Source of the DNA: Flavobacteriales bacterium
GTDB lineage: Bacteria > Bacteroidota > Bacteroidia > Flavobacteriales_F > PHOS-HE28
Assembly (NCBI GenBank): GCA_016788405.1
Contig: JAEUSX010000122.1
Span: forward strand, 1 to 42,667
Direction of reading: 5' to 3'
DNA: 42,667 nt
The translations under genes and the position numbers were made by a program. Shown here piece by piece: positions 34,992 through 42,667 of this stretch (positions within the stretch are counted from its first letter, which is position 1; the number at the start of each line of letters is the position of its first letter). The notes under the pieces are model-generated. The model made no database searches. It saw nothing but the letters and a program-made list of their open reading frames with translations, and was not told where the DNA came from.

Positions 34992-37040
34992 TCAAGCGTT
35001 GGTGCCGAAGAGCCCTTCGCTCGGCTCGCTTGGGGCAGGCACAGGAGCGGGTGGCGCTTCCGGGGCAGCTTTGTGAGCGCCGCCGCTGCCGTTGCTCGCC
35101 GCGGGCTCCGGCTTCACGAAGGGCCGGTCGCCGAAGATCTTCTCCAGGTCCTCCTTGAAGATCACTTCCTTATCCAATAGCTGGGTGGCCAGCGCGGTGA
35201 GCTTGTCCTTGTTCTCGCTGAGGATGCGCTTCGCGCGCACGTATTGCCCCTCGACGATCTTGCTCACCTCTTCATCGATGGTCTGCGCGGTGCGCTCGCT
35301 GTAAGGCTTGCCGAATGAATACTCACTCTGTCCGGAGCTGTCGTAATAACTGATGTTGCCTACCCGCGTGTTCAAGCCGTACACCGTCACCATGGCGTAG
35401 GCCTGCTTGGTCACCTTCTCCAGATCGCTGAGCGCGCCGGTGCTCACCTTGCCGTACATCACATCCTCCGCCGCGCGGCCGCCGAGCGCAGCGCACATCT
35501 CATCGAGCATCTGCTCCGCCGTGGTGAGGTGACGCTCGTCCGGCAGGTACCAGGCGGCGCCCAGGCTGCGTCCACGCGGCACGATGGTGACCTTCACCAG
35601 CGGCGATGCATGCTCCACGAGCCAGCTCACGGTGGCGTGCCCGGCCTCGTGGTAGGCGATGGCCTTCTTCTCCTCGGTGGTGATGATCCGGTTCTTCTTC
35701 TCCAAACCGCCGATCACCCGATCGACCGCGTCAAGGAAGTCCTGCTTGTCAACCTGCTGCTTCTTCTTGCGCGCTGCGATGAGCGCGGCCTCGTTGCAGA
35801 TGTTGGCCAGATCGGCGCCGCTGAAGCCCGGGGTCTGGCGCGCGAGGAAGCTCACATCAACGGTCTTGTCGAGCTTCAAGGGCTTGAGGTGCACCTTGAG
35901 GATCTCCTCCCGCTCGTTCAGATCGGGCATGTCCACGAAGATCTGCCGGTCGAAGCGGCCCGGGCGGAGCAACGCACGGTCGAGCACATCGGCGCGGTTG
36001 GTGGCGCCGATGAGGATGACGCCGCTATTGGTGCCGAAGCCATCGAGTTCGGTGAGCAACTGGTTCAGCGTGTTCTCGCGCTCATCGTTGGCGCCCATGC
36101 TCACGCTGCGCCCGCGCGCCCGGCCGATGGCGTCGATCTCGTCGATGAAGATGATGCTGGGCGCCTTCTCCTTGGCTTGCTTGAAGAGGTCGCGCACGCG
36201 GCTCGCGCCCACGCCCACGAACATCTCCACGAAGTCCGATCCGCTCAGGCTGAAGAAGGGCACGTTGGCCTCGCCGGCGATGGCCTTGGCCAGCAAGGTC
36301 TTGCCCGTGCCGGGAGGACCTACGAGCAATGCGCCTTTCGGGATCTTGGCGCCCAGATCGGTGTAGCGCTTGGGGTTCTTCAGGAAGTCCACGATCTCCT
36401 GCAGCTCTTCCTTGGCTTCGGCCAGTCCGGCCACGTCATTGAAGGTGACGTTGGTGGTCTTGCCGCCCTCGAACACCTGTGCGCGGCTCTTGCCGATGTT
36501 GAAGATCTGCCCGCCCGGCCCGCCGCCGCCGCCCAGCCTGCGCATCACCACCACCCAGATCAGGATCATGGCGCCGAAGAGCACGATGTAATAAACCGAT
36601 TCGCCCCAGTTGCTCTGCGTCTCGTACTCGTATGGGATGCCGTATTTGCGCGCGTCGATCACGAGGTCGTTCTTCTCGACATCGCTGTTCCCTTGGTTGA
36701 AGGCGTACTGCGGTCCTGCCGTTTGATCGCCGGTGAGGCCGCCGCCTTTGAGCTTGCTCTTGTGCGGCTCCACCTTCAGGCTGTCCTCCTTGATGTACAC
36801 CTTCACCACCTGCTCATTCACGATCACGATGCGCTGCACATGGCCGCGCTCAGCCATCGACTTGTACTCCGTGGGCGTGATCTTCTCCATGCGCCCGCCG
36901 AACTGGAACAGCTGGATGCTGAGGATCAGCACGATGATGATGCCGTAGATCCAATAGAAATTGAACGACTTCTTGGGTCGTTCGCCTTTCGGCTTCACCT
37001 CACGTTCTGGCTTCTTCTCCACGTTCGTCTTCGGGTTCAA
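34992..37040 (-). CDS. ftsH: ATP-dependent zinc metalloprotease FtsH
   Basis: Walker A GPPGTGKT, Walker [13 protein letters not shown] region, zinc site HEAGHA and two N-terminal TM helices. The start appears non-ATG: TTG 37040, directly abutting the rsfS stop, or GTG 37022. Confidence 0.95.
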   Translation of the reverse strand: MNPKTNVEKKPEREVKPKGERPKKSFNFYWIYGIIIVLILSIQLFQFGGRMEKITPTEYKSMAERGHVQRIVIVNEQVVKVYIKEDSLKVEPHKSKLKGGGLTGDQTAGPQYAFNQGNSDVEKNDLVIDARKYGIPYEYETQSNWGESVYYIVLFGAMILIWVVVMRRLGGGGGPGGQIFNIGKSRAQVFEGGKTTNVTFNDVAGLAEAKEELQEIVDFLKNPKRYTDLGAKIPKGALLVGPPGTGKTLLAKAIAGEANVPFFSLSGSDFVEMFVGVGASRVRDLFKQAKEKAPSIIFIDEIDAIGRARGRSVSMGANDERENTLNQLLTELDGFGTNSGVILIGATNRADVLDRALLRPGRFDRQIFVDMPDLNEREEILKVHLKPLKLDKTVDVSFLARQTPGFSGADLANICNEAALIAARKKKQQVDKQDFLDAVDRVIGGLEKKNRIITTEEKKAIAYHEAGHATVSWLVEHASPLVKVTIVPRGRSLGAAWYLPDERHLTTAEQMLDEMCAALGGRAAEDVMYGKVSTGALSDLEKVTKQAYAMVTVYGLNTRVGNISYYDSSGQSEYSFGKPYSERTAQTIDEEVSKIVEGQYVRAKRILSENKDKLTALATQLLDKEVIFKEDLEKIFGDRPFVKPEPAASNGSGGAHKAAPEAPPAPVPAPSEPSEGLFGTNA

Positions 37041-37415
37041 TCAGGCAACGTTCTCGTATCGCGTGCGGATGGCGTCGCCCCAAAGGTCCTCCAAGGCGTA
37101 GTAGCCGCGTTTATCCCGGTGGAAGATGTGTACGACCACGTCGACATAGTCGATGAGCACCCATTCCGAGTTCCGCTCCCCTTCGGTGTGCCAGGGCTTC
37201 TCACCTGTGGTCCTGCGCACGGTGTCCAGAACGGATCTCGCGATCGCCTCCACCTGCGTATCGGAATCGCCGTGGCAGATCACGAAGTGGCCGCATACCG
37301 TATTGGCTATCCCGCGCAGATCCATATGAATCACTTCCCGGCCCTTGACCTCCTGGATGCCTTTGATCACGGCTTCCACCAAGCGGGCGTCGCTGGCGCC
37401 CTTCATATGCTTCAT
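37041..37415 (-). CDS. rsfS: Ribosome silencing factor RsfS
   Basis: VCGHFVICHGDSDTQVEAIA...EGERNSEWVLIDYVDVVVHIFHRDKRGYYALEDLWGDA is canonical RsfS/iojap. ATG 37415 lies 22 nt downstream of a minus-strand -7 box. The track start at 37439 is a TTG inside that box. Confidence 0.9.
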   Translation of the reverse strand: MKHMKGASDARLVEAVIKGIQEVKGREVIHMDLRGIANTVCGHFVICHGDSDTQVEAIARSVLDTVRRTTGEKPWHTEGERNSEWVLIDYVDVVVHIFHRDKRGYYALEDLWGDAIRTRYENVA

Positions 37416-37420
37416 CCGGG

Positions 37421-37428
37421 TAGCTTTG
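37421..37428 (+). promoter_or_regulatory. -7 promoter box TAGCTTTG for birA
   Basis: Perfect TAnnTTTG, 73 nt upstream of ATG 37501. Confidence 0.5.
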
Positions 37429-37436
37429 GGAGCGTC

Positions 37437-37444
37437 CAAAGGTA
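37437..37444 (-). promoter_or_regulatory. -7 promoter box TACCTTTG (minus strand) for the rsfS-ftsH operon
   Basis: Plus strand CAAAGGTA is a perfect TAnnTTTG on the minus strand, 22 nt upstream of the rsfS ATG at 37415. It lies back-to-back with the birA box. Confidence 0.55.
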
Positions 37445-37500
37445 GGTCAAGGCCCCGCCGCTTCCCGGTCGCCGCCCATCACCTCCTGCGACCATTGCCC

Positions 37501-38259
37501 ATGCGCTTCGGAGAACCCCTTCTGGAGTACCAGGTCGCCGACAGCACCAACGCGGTCGCGGCAGGGCTCCTGGCCCGGGGCCAGGCGGCGCATGGCGCCG
37601 TAGTGCTGGCACATGCACAGTACGAGGGCGAAGGCCAGCGCGGCCGCACCTGGCAGTCGGTTCCTGGGCGCGACCTCACCTTCAGCATCGTGTGCCAGCC
37701 CAAGGGCTTGCGTGCCGACCGGCAGTTCGGCTTGAGCAAGGTGGCCGCACTGGCCGTGTTCGATGCGGTTCGCGAGCACGCTCAGGCCGACGTCCGGATC
37801 AAATGGCCGAACGACATCCTGATCGACGGCCGTAAAGTGGCGGGCATCCTCATCAAGAATGAGCTTTCCGGCGAATCGGTGAGCACGAGCATCGTCGGCA
37901 TAGGCATCAATGTGAACAGCAGCGGCTTCCCGGAGAGCCTGGTGGCCACCAGCCTCCTGCTGGAAGGCGGGAACGAGCTTGACCGTGCGAACCTGCTGAG
38001 CAAGGTCTTGGACCGTTTCGGGCACTGGTGGCAGAAATGGCAGGCCGCACCGGAGAACAGTTTGGTGAGCTACACCGACCGGCTCTGGACCAGGGGCCGC
38101 TGGGCCGAAATGCTGTTGGATGGGCAGCCCATCAGCGCTCGCGCCCTCGATGTGGATGAGCACGGCCGCCTGCTGATCGAGCTTCCCGATGGCGGGGTGG
38201 CGGCATACGGCCTGGACCGCCTGCGATTCGCTCCGCGCACTCCGGGCTTGCACGGGTAA
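37501..38259 (+). CDS. birA: Biotin--[acetyl-CoA-carboxylase] ligase (group I, no HTH domain)
   Basis: STN......[17 protein letters not shown] (GRGRxGRxW-type motif), [28 protein letters not shown]. Confidence 0.88.
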   Translation: MRFGEPLLEYQVADSTNAVAAGLLARGQAAHGAVVLAHAQYEGEGQRGRTWQSVPGRDLTFSIVCQPKGLRADRQFGLSKVAALAVFDAVREHAQADVRIKWPNDILIDGRKVAGILIKNELSGESVSTSIVGIGINVNSSGFPESLVATSLLLEGGNELDRANLLSKVLDRFGHWWQKWQAAPENSLVSYTDRLWTRGRWAEMLLDGQPISARALDVDEHGRLLIELPDGGVAAYGLDRLRFAPRTPGLHG

Positions 38260-38269
38260 GTCAAAGACC

Positions 38270-38277
38270 TACATTTG
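38270..38277 (+). promoter_or_regulatory. -7 promoter box TACATTTG for rpmH
   Basis: Perfect TAnnTTTG, 27 nt upstream of ATG 38304. Confidence 0.6.
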
Positions 38278-38303
38278 CGGCCCTCAACGAAAAACCGAAG
38301 GCC

Positions 38304-38462
38304 ATGAAGCGCACCTACCAGCCCAGCAAACGCAAGCGGACCAACAAGCACGGCTTCCGCAAGCGCATGAGCACGGCCGCTGGTCGCGCGGTGCTGGCCA
38401 GCCGACGCAAGCAAGGCCGCCACAAGCTCACCACCAGCGACGAGCAGGTAGGCGCCAAGTAA
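38304..38462 (+). CDS. rpmH: 50S ribosomal protein L34 (not in the ORF track; 52 aa)
   Basis: Hand translation gives [52 protein letters not shown], with the canonical L34 N-terminus [11 protein letters not shown]...HGFR.RM. Confidence 0.93.
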   Translation: MKRTYQPSKRKRTNKHGFRKRMSTAAGRAVLASRRKQGRHKLTTSDEQVGAK

Positions 38463-38483
38463 GGGCCGCTTCTCACCATATCC

Positions 38484-38509
38484 GAAGGGCTGCCGCCAGG
38501 CGGCCCTTC
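38484..38509. terminator. Stem-loop between convergent rpmH and the hydrolase gene
   Basis: GAAGGGCTGCC-gcca-GGCGGCCCTTC (11 bp including one G-T pair) followed by TGCGTTC. No strong T tract. Confidence 0.45.
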
Positions 38510-38514
38510 TGCGT

Positions 38515-39420
38515 TCAGGGCATCGAACGCCTGATCGCCGCCGCCAATTCGGGCGTCAGGAGCACATGCCCGAAGGGAAGCAGGTGCTGGTGCACCCGCT
38601 CTGGAGCATGTTCCGCGAGACGGCTGCCGAGAAGAGGCGGAATCACCCGATCGTGCTGCCCGAAGTACAGGTCGATCGGAATGCCATGCGCCTCGGCATT
38701 CGCCGCCACCCGCTTCAGGTCGGGTTCGATCTCTCGGTAGCTCAACCACACATCGTGCACCAGCTGCCGTTTGGCCCGGCTGTCGGTCTGACCCTTCAAG
38801 AAGCGGTGCATCCGGTCGTTCATCAGGCGCAGCGCGCGCAGGGCGTCCATCACGAAGTGCACGCGCTGCGGATGCTTGATGAAGCGCTTGTAGGCCCAGC
38901 GCCCGGCCGAAGAGGAGGCCAACCCGCGGTACCAAGGCCGCGTTTTCAAGCCGTCGGGCGCGGCGAGCAGCAACCGGTCGATCCGTTCGGGCATCTGCTC
39001 CATCAGGCTCAGTGCGATGCGTCCGCCCAAGCTGTATCCGAGCAACGTGGCGCGCTCTGCACCGATGGATGCGATGAAGGCCGCGAACAAGCCAGCGAGC
39101 TCCGCTGCGGCGAACGGCGCCTCGGCGCGGTCCGGATAGCCGGGGCTGTGGCCGTGGAAGTGCAGATCGAAAGCGTGTATCGTGCAGCGATCGCCAAGGT
39201 CGGCGGCCAGCACGCGGAAGTCCTCTCCCGAGCGACCGAAGCCATGCAGCGCGATCATCGGAATCGGGCCGTGGCCGTAGCTCCGGTACGCCAGGGTGGT
39301 GCCGTGCGTGAAATAGCGGACGGCTTCGGGATGCTGCACGCGGCAAATGTGGCGAGCAGCATTGGCTCCACCTTTGCCGCACGCGTGGGCAACGCCTAGC
39401 CCCCGCTCATGGTCAACCAA
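38515..39420 (-). CDS. Alpha/beta-fold hydrolase
   Basis: HGFGRSGEDF (oxyanion region), nucleophile elbow GYSLGGRIAL, C-terminal His (LLPFGHVLL). The start is uncertain: ATG 39420 or GTG 39339. Two other long ORFs over the same DNA are rejected. Confidence 0.8.
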   Translation of the reverse strand: MVDHERGLGVAHACGKGGANAARHICRVQHPEAVRYFTHGTTLAYRSYGHGPIPMIALHGFGRSGEDFRVLAADLGDRCTIHAFDLHFHGHSPGYPDRAEAPFAAAELAGLFAAFIASIGAERATLLGYSLGGRIALSLMEQMPERIDRLLLAAPDGLKTRPWYRGLASSSAGRWAYKRFIKHPQRVHFVMDALRALRLMNDRMHRFLKGQTDSRAKRQLVHDVWLSYREIEPDLKRVAANAEAHGIPIDLYFGQHDRVIPPLLGSRLAEHAPERVHQHLLPFGHVLLTPELAAAIRRSMP

Positions 39421-39427
39421 AGCGAAC

Positions 39428-40126
39428 GTGAGATACCTCGCCTTGCTCCTGCTCCTCCATCCGGCAAGCGCCGTCGCGCAGCGGCTCAGCTATGAAGAAT
39501 GGCTCTTGAAGGCCATGGCCGATAAACGACTGGAACCTTGCTACGGCGCGCAGGAGAAGACGCCCGCTCAGAAAGAGAGCGATGCGGACTTCATCGCCCT
39601 TGCCCTGCGAGGTGATACCGTGCGGCGCTCGGTCTCCGATAAGCTGGTGGACCATGGCACGACCCTGCTCAAGGAGGGCAACCACACGCAGGCCATGATG
39701 CGCTTCAACCAGGCCTGGCTCGTGGACAGCACGAACGCACGTCCCTTCTGGGGATTCGGCACCTTCTTCATGGAATTGGACCGGCCCGCAGTAGCCGTGC
39801 GCTGGTACAAGCGCGGCCTTGCCCGTGATAGCGCCCATGTGCGCCTGCTCGATGGCCTCGCAACAGCTCTGCTCGCGGAACGCCACAGCACCATGGAAAC
39901 GGAGACCGAGCGACGCAACGACCTGCTCTCGGCGGCCCTTTCCCTGCTGGAGCGAGCGCAAGCAGAAGCCCCGAAGGATGGCCCCGTCGCCTACCGCCTC
40001 GCGGTCTGCCACCTCTTGCGCGGCGACTGCGCCGAGGCCAAGCGTTGCGCGGAGCGATGCGCCGCTCTTCCTTCCTGTCCCATGGAACAGGGATTTCAGG
40101 AGAGCCTGCTGAAGCGCTGCCCGTAA
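39428..40126 (+). CDS. Secreted TPR-like helical-repeat protein (paralog A)
   Basis: GTG 39428 gives the signal peptide (M)RYLALLLLLHPASAVAQ. The helical repeat body has a MMRFNQAW...FWGFGTFF...AVRWYKRGL pattern. It is clearly homologous to the partial ORF at 42132. Confidence 0.65.
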   Translation: MRYLALLLLLHPASAVAQRLSYEEWLLKAMADKRLEPCYGAQEKTPAQKESDADFIALALRGDTVRRSVSDKLVDHGTTLLKEGNHTQAMMRFNQAWLVDSTNARPFWGFGTFFMELDRPAVAVRWYKRGLARDSAHVRLLDGLATALLAERHSTMETETERRNDLLSAALSLLERAQAEAPKDGPVAYRLAVCHLLRGDCAEAKRCAERCAALPSCPMEQGFQESLLKRCP

Positions 40127-40168
40127 GGCAGGCGAAAGCGCCGATGCGGTACTTTGCACGGCACGACC

Positions 40169-42085
40169 ATGCTCATGAAGGCCTTCAGCTTCCTAGTTCT
40201 CGTCGGCGCCGCGGCAGCACGCGCGCAGACGCCGTGCGTGAATGGCGCCGCCGGTCCATATCCATGCAGCAACGTCGACCTCCTTGGTCACATGACGCTC
40301 ACGCAACTGGGCACCAACACCAACGTGGCCGATTGCTGGGGATGGACCGATCCGCTGAATGGCAAGGAGTATGCGATCGTCGGCGGTCGCACCGGCACCA
40401 GCTTCGTGGATATCTCCACGCCCACGGCGCCTGTGCTCGTGGGATTCCTGCCCGCTCATAACAACGTGGCTTCGCTCTGGCGAGATGTGGATACGCACGG
40501 CAACTGGTGCTTCATCGGCAGCGAAGCGGCCGGACATGGCCTGCAGGTCTTCGACCTGACGCGGCTTCGCAACGTGGCGGCTCCGCCGCAGAACTTCAGC
40601 GCCGATGCGCGCTACGCTGGCTTCGGCAATAGCCACAGCATTTACGTGGACAAGACCGAGCCCTATGTGTATGCCGTCGGCACCGGAATCGCCAATGGTG
40701 GCCTCGTGGTGGTGAACGTGAGCAATCCGCTCCTTCCGACCCTCGCTGGCACATTCTCCTCCGAAGGCTACATCCACGAGAACAGCGTCTACGATTACCA
40801 CGGGCCCGATGCCGAGCACGTGGGCAAGCGGCTCAGTTTCAATTTCCACATCCAGGCCAACGATCGGGTGACCATCGTAGATGTCTCGGACAAGTCGGAC
40901 ATGACCTTGCTGGCCACGTTGCCCGCGTACACCAGCCCAAACCTCTGCCACCAAGGCTGGCTCACCGAGGACCACAGGTACCTGCTCATGAACGACGAGG
41001 GCGACGAGAGCGCGTTCAACTACAACACGCGCACCCACCTCTTCGACCTGCTCGACCTCGATGCCCCGCTGTACCTCGGCTACTTCAGCGGCCCGAACCC
41101 CAGCATCGACCACAATCTGTACGTGCATCGCAACCTGGCCTGGGAATCGAACTACACCAGTGGCCTGCAGATCATGGACGTCGCGCCGGTGGGCAGCGGC
41201 AACCTGAGCTTGGCCGCCTGGTTCGACACCTACCCGGCGAACAATGGCAAGACATACAACGGGGCCTGGGGCAACTACCCCTTTTTCGCCAGCGGCAATG
41301 TGATCGTGAGCAGCTATGGCGAAGGGCTATTCATCCTCAAGCCGCGGCTCTCCCTGAACCTGAAGGCCGTGCTCGAAGGGCCATTCGATGCTGGCAACGG
41401 CCTGATGCGCGATTCGCTCCGCGTGAAAGGACTGCTCCCGATCGCCGAGCCATACGCGGCACTTGGATACGCGCACACGGGCGGCGGTGGCGGAGAAGCG
41501 ACCTCTTCGGCGGTGCTGGCCGTGAGCGGTGCCAACGCCATCGTCGATTGGCTGGTGGTGGAATTGCGCGACGCGGCGAATCCTGCCCTCCGCATCGCAA
41601 GCCGCAGTGCGCTGCTGCAGCGCGATGGCGACATCGTGGGCACCGATGGCATTTCGCCCGTGCAATTCAGCGTGAAGCCCGGCCAGTACCACCTGGCTGT
41701 CCACCACCGCAATCACCTGGGCGCGATGACCGCTTCACCGGTGGAGTGCAGCGTGGCCCTGCGCGCCTACGATTTCACCGGTGGCGCAATCGCCACCTTC
41801 GGCACGGAAGGAACCAAGGACATCGGCGGCACCCGGGCGCTATGGGCCGGCGATGCCAGCGCGAATGGATTGCTGCAATACGTCGGAGAAGGCAACGATC
41901 GCGATCCCATCCTCTCAGCCATCGGCGGGTCCACCCCGACGAACACGGTCAGCGGCTACCAGCCCACGGACATCAACCTCGATGGCGCCGTGCGCTACAT
42001 CGGGCAGGGGAACGACCGCGACCCCATCCTGGTGAACATTGGCGGCAACGTGCCCACCGCCACCCGCGCTGCGCAGCTGCCTTGA
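40169..42085 (+). CDS. Choice-of-anchor B / LVIVD-repeat beta-propeller protein with an uncharacterised C-terminal module
   Basis: Signal peptide MLMKAFSFLVLVGAAAARAQ. The N-terminus TPCVNGAAGPYPCSNVDLLGHMTL..LG....ADCWGWTDPLNGKEYAIVG...GTSFVDIS.P..PV.VG.LP...SLWRD...GHGLQVFDLT.LR fits my recollection of the choice-of-anchor-B family. It ends ...TATRAAQLP with no T9SS CTD. Confidence 0.8.
   Translation: MLMKAFSFLVLVGAAAARAQTPCVNGAAGPYPCSNVDLLGHMTLTQLGTNTNVADCWGWTDPLNGKEYAIVGGRTGTSFVDISTPTAPVLVGFLPAHNNVASLWRDVDTHGNWCFIGSEAAGHGLQVFDLTRLRNVAAPPQNFSADARYAGFGNSHSIYVDKTEPYVYAVGTGIANGGLVVVNVSNPLLPTLAGTFSSEGYIHENSVYDYHGPDAEHVGKRLSFNFHIQANDRVTIVDVSDKSDMTLLATLPAYTSPNLCHQGWLTEDHRYLLMNDEGDESAFNYNTRTHLFDLLDLDAPLYLGYFSGPNPSIDHNLYVHRNLAWESNYTSGLQIMDVAPVGSGNLSLAAWFDTYPANNGKTYNGAWGNYPFFASGNVIVSSYGEGLFILKPRLSLNLKAVLEGPFDAGNGLMRDSLRVKGLLPIAEPYAALGYAHTGGGGGEATSSAVLAVSGANAIVDWLVVELRDAANPALRIASRSALLQRDGDIVGTDGISPVQFSVKPGQYHLAVHHRNHLGAMTASPVECSVALRAYDFTGGAIATFGTEGTKDIGGTRALWAGDASANGLLQYVGEGNDRDPILSAIGGSTPTNTVSGYQPTDINLDGAVRYIGQGNDRDPILVNIGGNVPTATRAAQLP
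41852..42031 (+). repeat. Intragenic duplicated 21-codon motif (dockerin/EF-hand-like D-x-N/S-x-N/D-G...Y-x-G-x-GNDRDPIL)
   Basis: 41852-41914 encodes DASANGLLQYVGEGNDRDPIL. 41969-42031 encodes DINLDGAVRYIGQGNDRDPIL. Both lie in frame within the C-terminal module of the 40169..42085 gene. Confidence 0.7.
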
Positions 42086-42131
42086 TCCACTGGCCCGATC
42101 CTTGCCAACTTCGCCGCTCCGAAACAACCCG

Positions 42132-42667
42132 ATGAGAAGCCTCCTCCTTTCCGCGCTCGCCCTCGCCGTCACCTCGGCTTCGGCGCAACTGCTCAGCTTC
42201 GACGAGTGGTACGTGCGCTCCGATTCAGACCCCTACTTGAAGCCGCGCTTCGGTGACAAGGGGCCTGATGTGGCGAACAACACCATCAACGAGGACGTGT
42301 TCACCGCGATCATGAACAACCGGAACCGCCAGCGGGCGGTGAGCGACAGCCTGTGCAAGCTGGGTTATGAGCGGCTGAAGAAGAACGATCACGTGGCCGC
42401 CATGAAGCGCTTCAACGAGGCCTGGTTCGCCATGCCCATCAATCCGGAAGCGCACCGCGCCTTCGGCAACTTCTTCCGCAGCATGAAGCGCCCGCTCGAA
42501 GCGCACGAGCATTATGAGCAGGGCATCGCCCTGGACACCACCAACGCGCCGCTCATGAAGGAGCATGGCCAGGTGTACATGGAGGAGCGCTATTACTACC
42601 AGCAGGAAGGGCGCAGCAAGCAGGCCGACTCGGCGCTGCAGAAGGCGCTGGCGCTCTTCACGCGCGC
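42132..42667 (+). CDS. Secreted TPR-like helical-repeat protein (paralog B), 3'-partial (runs off window; not in ORF track)
   Basis: Hand translation from ATG 42132: MRSLLLSALALAVTSASAQLLSFDEWYVRS...AVSDSLCKLGYERLKKNDHVAAMKRFNEAWF...AFGNFFRSMKRPLEAHEHYEQGIALD... No stop occurs before the window end. It aligns with 39428..40126 (AQRLSYEEW / AQLLSFDEW; MMRFNQAW / MKRFNEAW). Confidence 0.7.
   Translation, partial: MRSLLLSALALAVTSASAQLLSFDEWYVRSDSDPYLKPRFGDKGPDVANNTINEDVFTAIMNNRNRQRAVSDSLCKLGYERLKKNDHVAAMKRFNEAWFAMPINPEAHRAFGNFFRSMKRPLEAHEHYEQGIALDTTNAPLMKEHGQVYMEERYYYQQEGRSKQADSALQKALALFTR

Noticed and set aside
35529-37445. 638-aa ORF on the plus strand, the largest ORF in this part of the window
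   Set aside because: It is exactly antisense to ftsH and rsfS, which carry unmistakable motifs (Walker A/B, HEAGH). Its product is Arg/Ala/Gly/His-rich with no motifs. This is typical stop-free antisense reading of GC3-rich genes.
38315-39399. Two alternative long ORFs over the hydrolase locus: 38315..39382 (minus, another frame) and 38566..39399 (plus)
   Set aside because: Only the frame 38515..39420 (minus) gives the HGFG oxyanion motif and the GYSLGG nucleophile elbow. The others are Arg/Pro/Ala-rich.
1-42667. CRISPR arrays, transposases/IS elements, prophage genes, toxin-antitoxin pairs, restriction-modification or other known defence modules
   Set aside because: I saw no regularly spaced direct repeats. 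No ORF carries transposase, integrase, Cas, methylase or nuclease hallmarks. The RadC here has the ordinary housekeeping architecture and context. A proper repeat-finder and HMM scan would still be needed to exclude short or degenerate elements.

Overview
This is a GC-rich chromosomal segment with strong GC3 bias, which produces many long spurious antisense ORFs. It most likely comes from a member of Bacteroidota. The evidence is: two proteins ending in T9SS (Por) C-terminal sorting domains, a split transketolase, an rny-zapA cluster, an rsfS-ftsH-cdsA-psd cluster, repeated TAnnTTTG '-7' promoter boxes 15-75 nt upstream of start codons, and little or no Shine-Dalgarno signal.

I call about 50 protein genes, 2 tRNAs (Gly-CCC and Arg-CCG), rpmH (below the ORF-track size cutoff), a partial ORF at each window edge (the 3' one is absent from the track), 3 stem-loop terminators and 9 promoter boxes. 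Content is mainly housekeeping: tkt, ftsH, rny, zapA, rsfS, birA, rpsT, rpmH, radC, upp, psd, cdsA, msrA. Interspersed are envelope and secreted functions: a PhoD-like phosphatase, a large M43 protease, an M23 peptidase, a YiiX-like hydrolase, a GDPD, a VWA protein, a choice-of-anchor-B/LVIVD protein, two ECF sigma modules and a ManNAc-type glycan locus.

I see no CRISPR array, transposase, integrase, prophage or recognisable defence system. I cannot honestly point to a clear novel system.

The most interesting items are:
1. A choice-of-anchor-B protein with a non-T9SS C-terminal module, bracketed by two paralogous secreted TPR-like proteins.
2. A translationally coupled wecB / NodB-like / FemAB-like trio.
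3. An insertion of about 240 aa nested inside the M43 catalytic domain.
4. A VWA gene wedged between the two transketolase halves.
5. A lipoprotein with a class I methyltransferase fold but a degenerate SAM-binding loop.
6. A hairpin-rich 290-nt noncoding region.

All homology statements come from reading motifs by eye. No database search was run.
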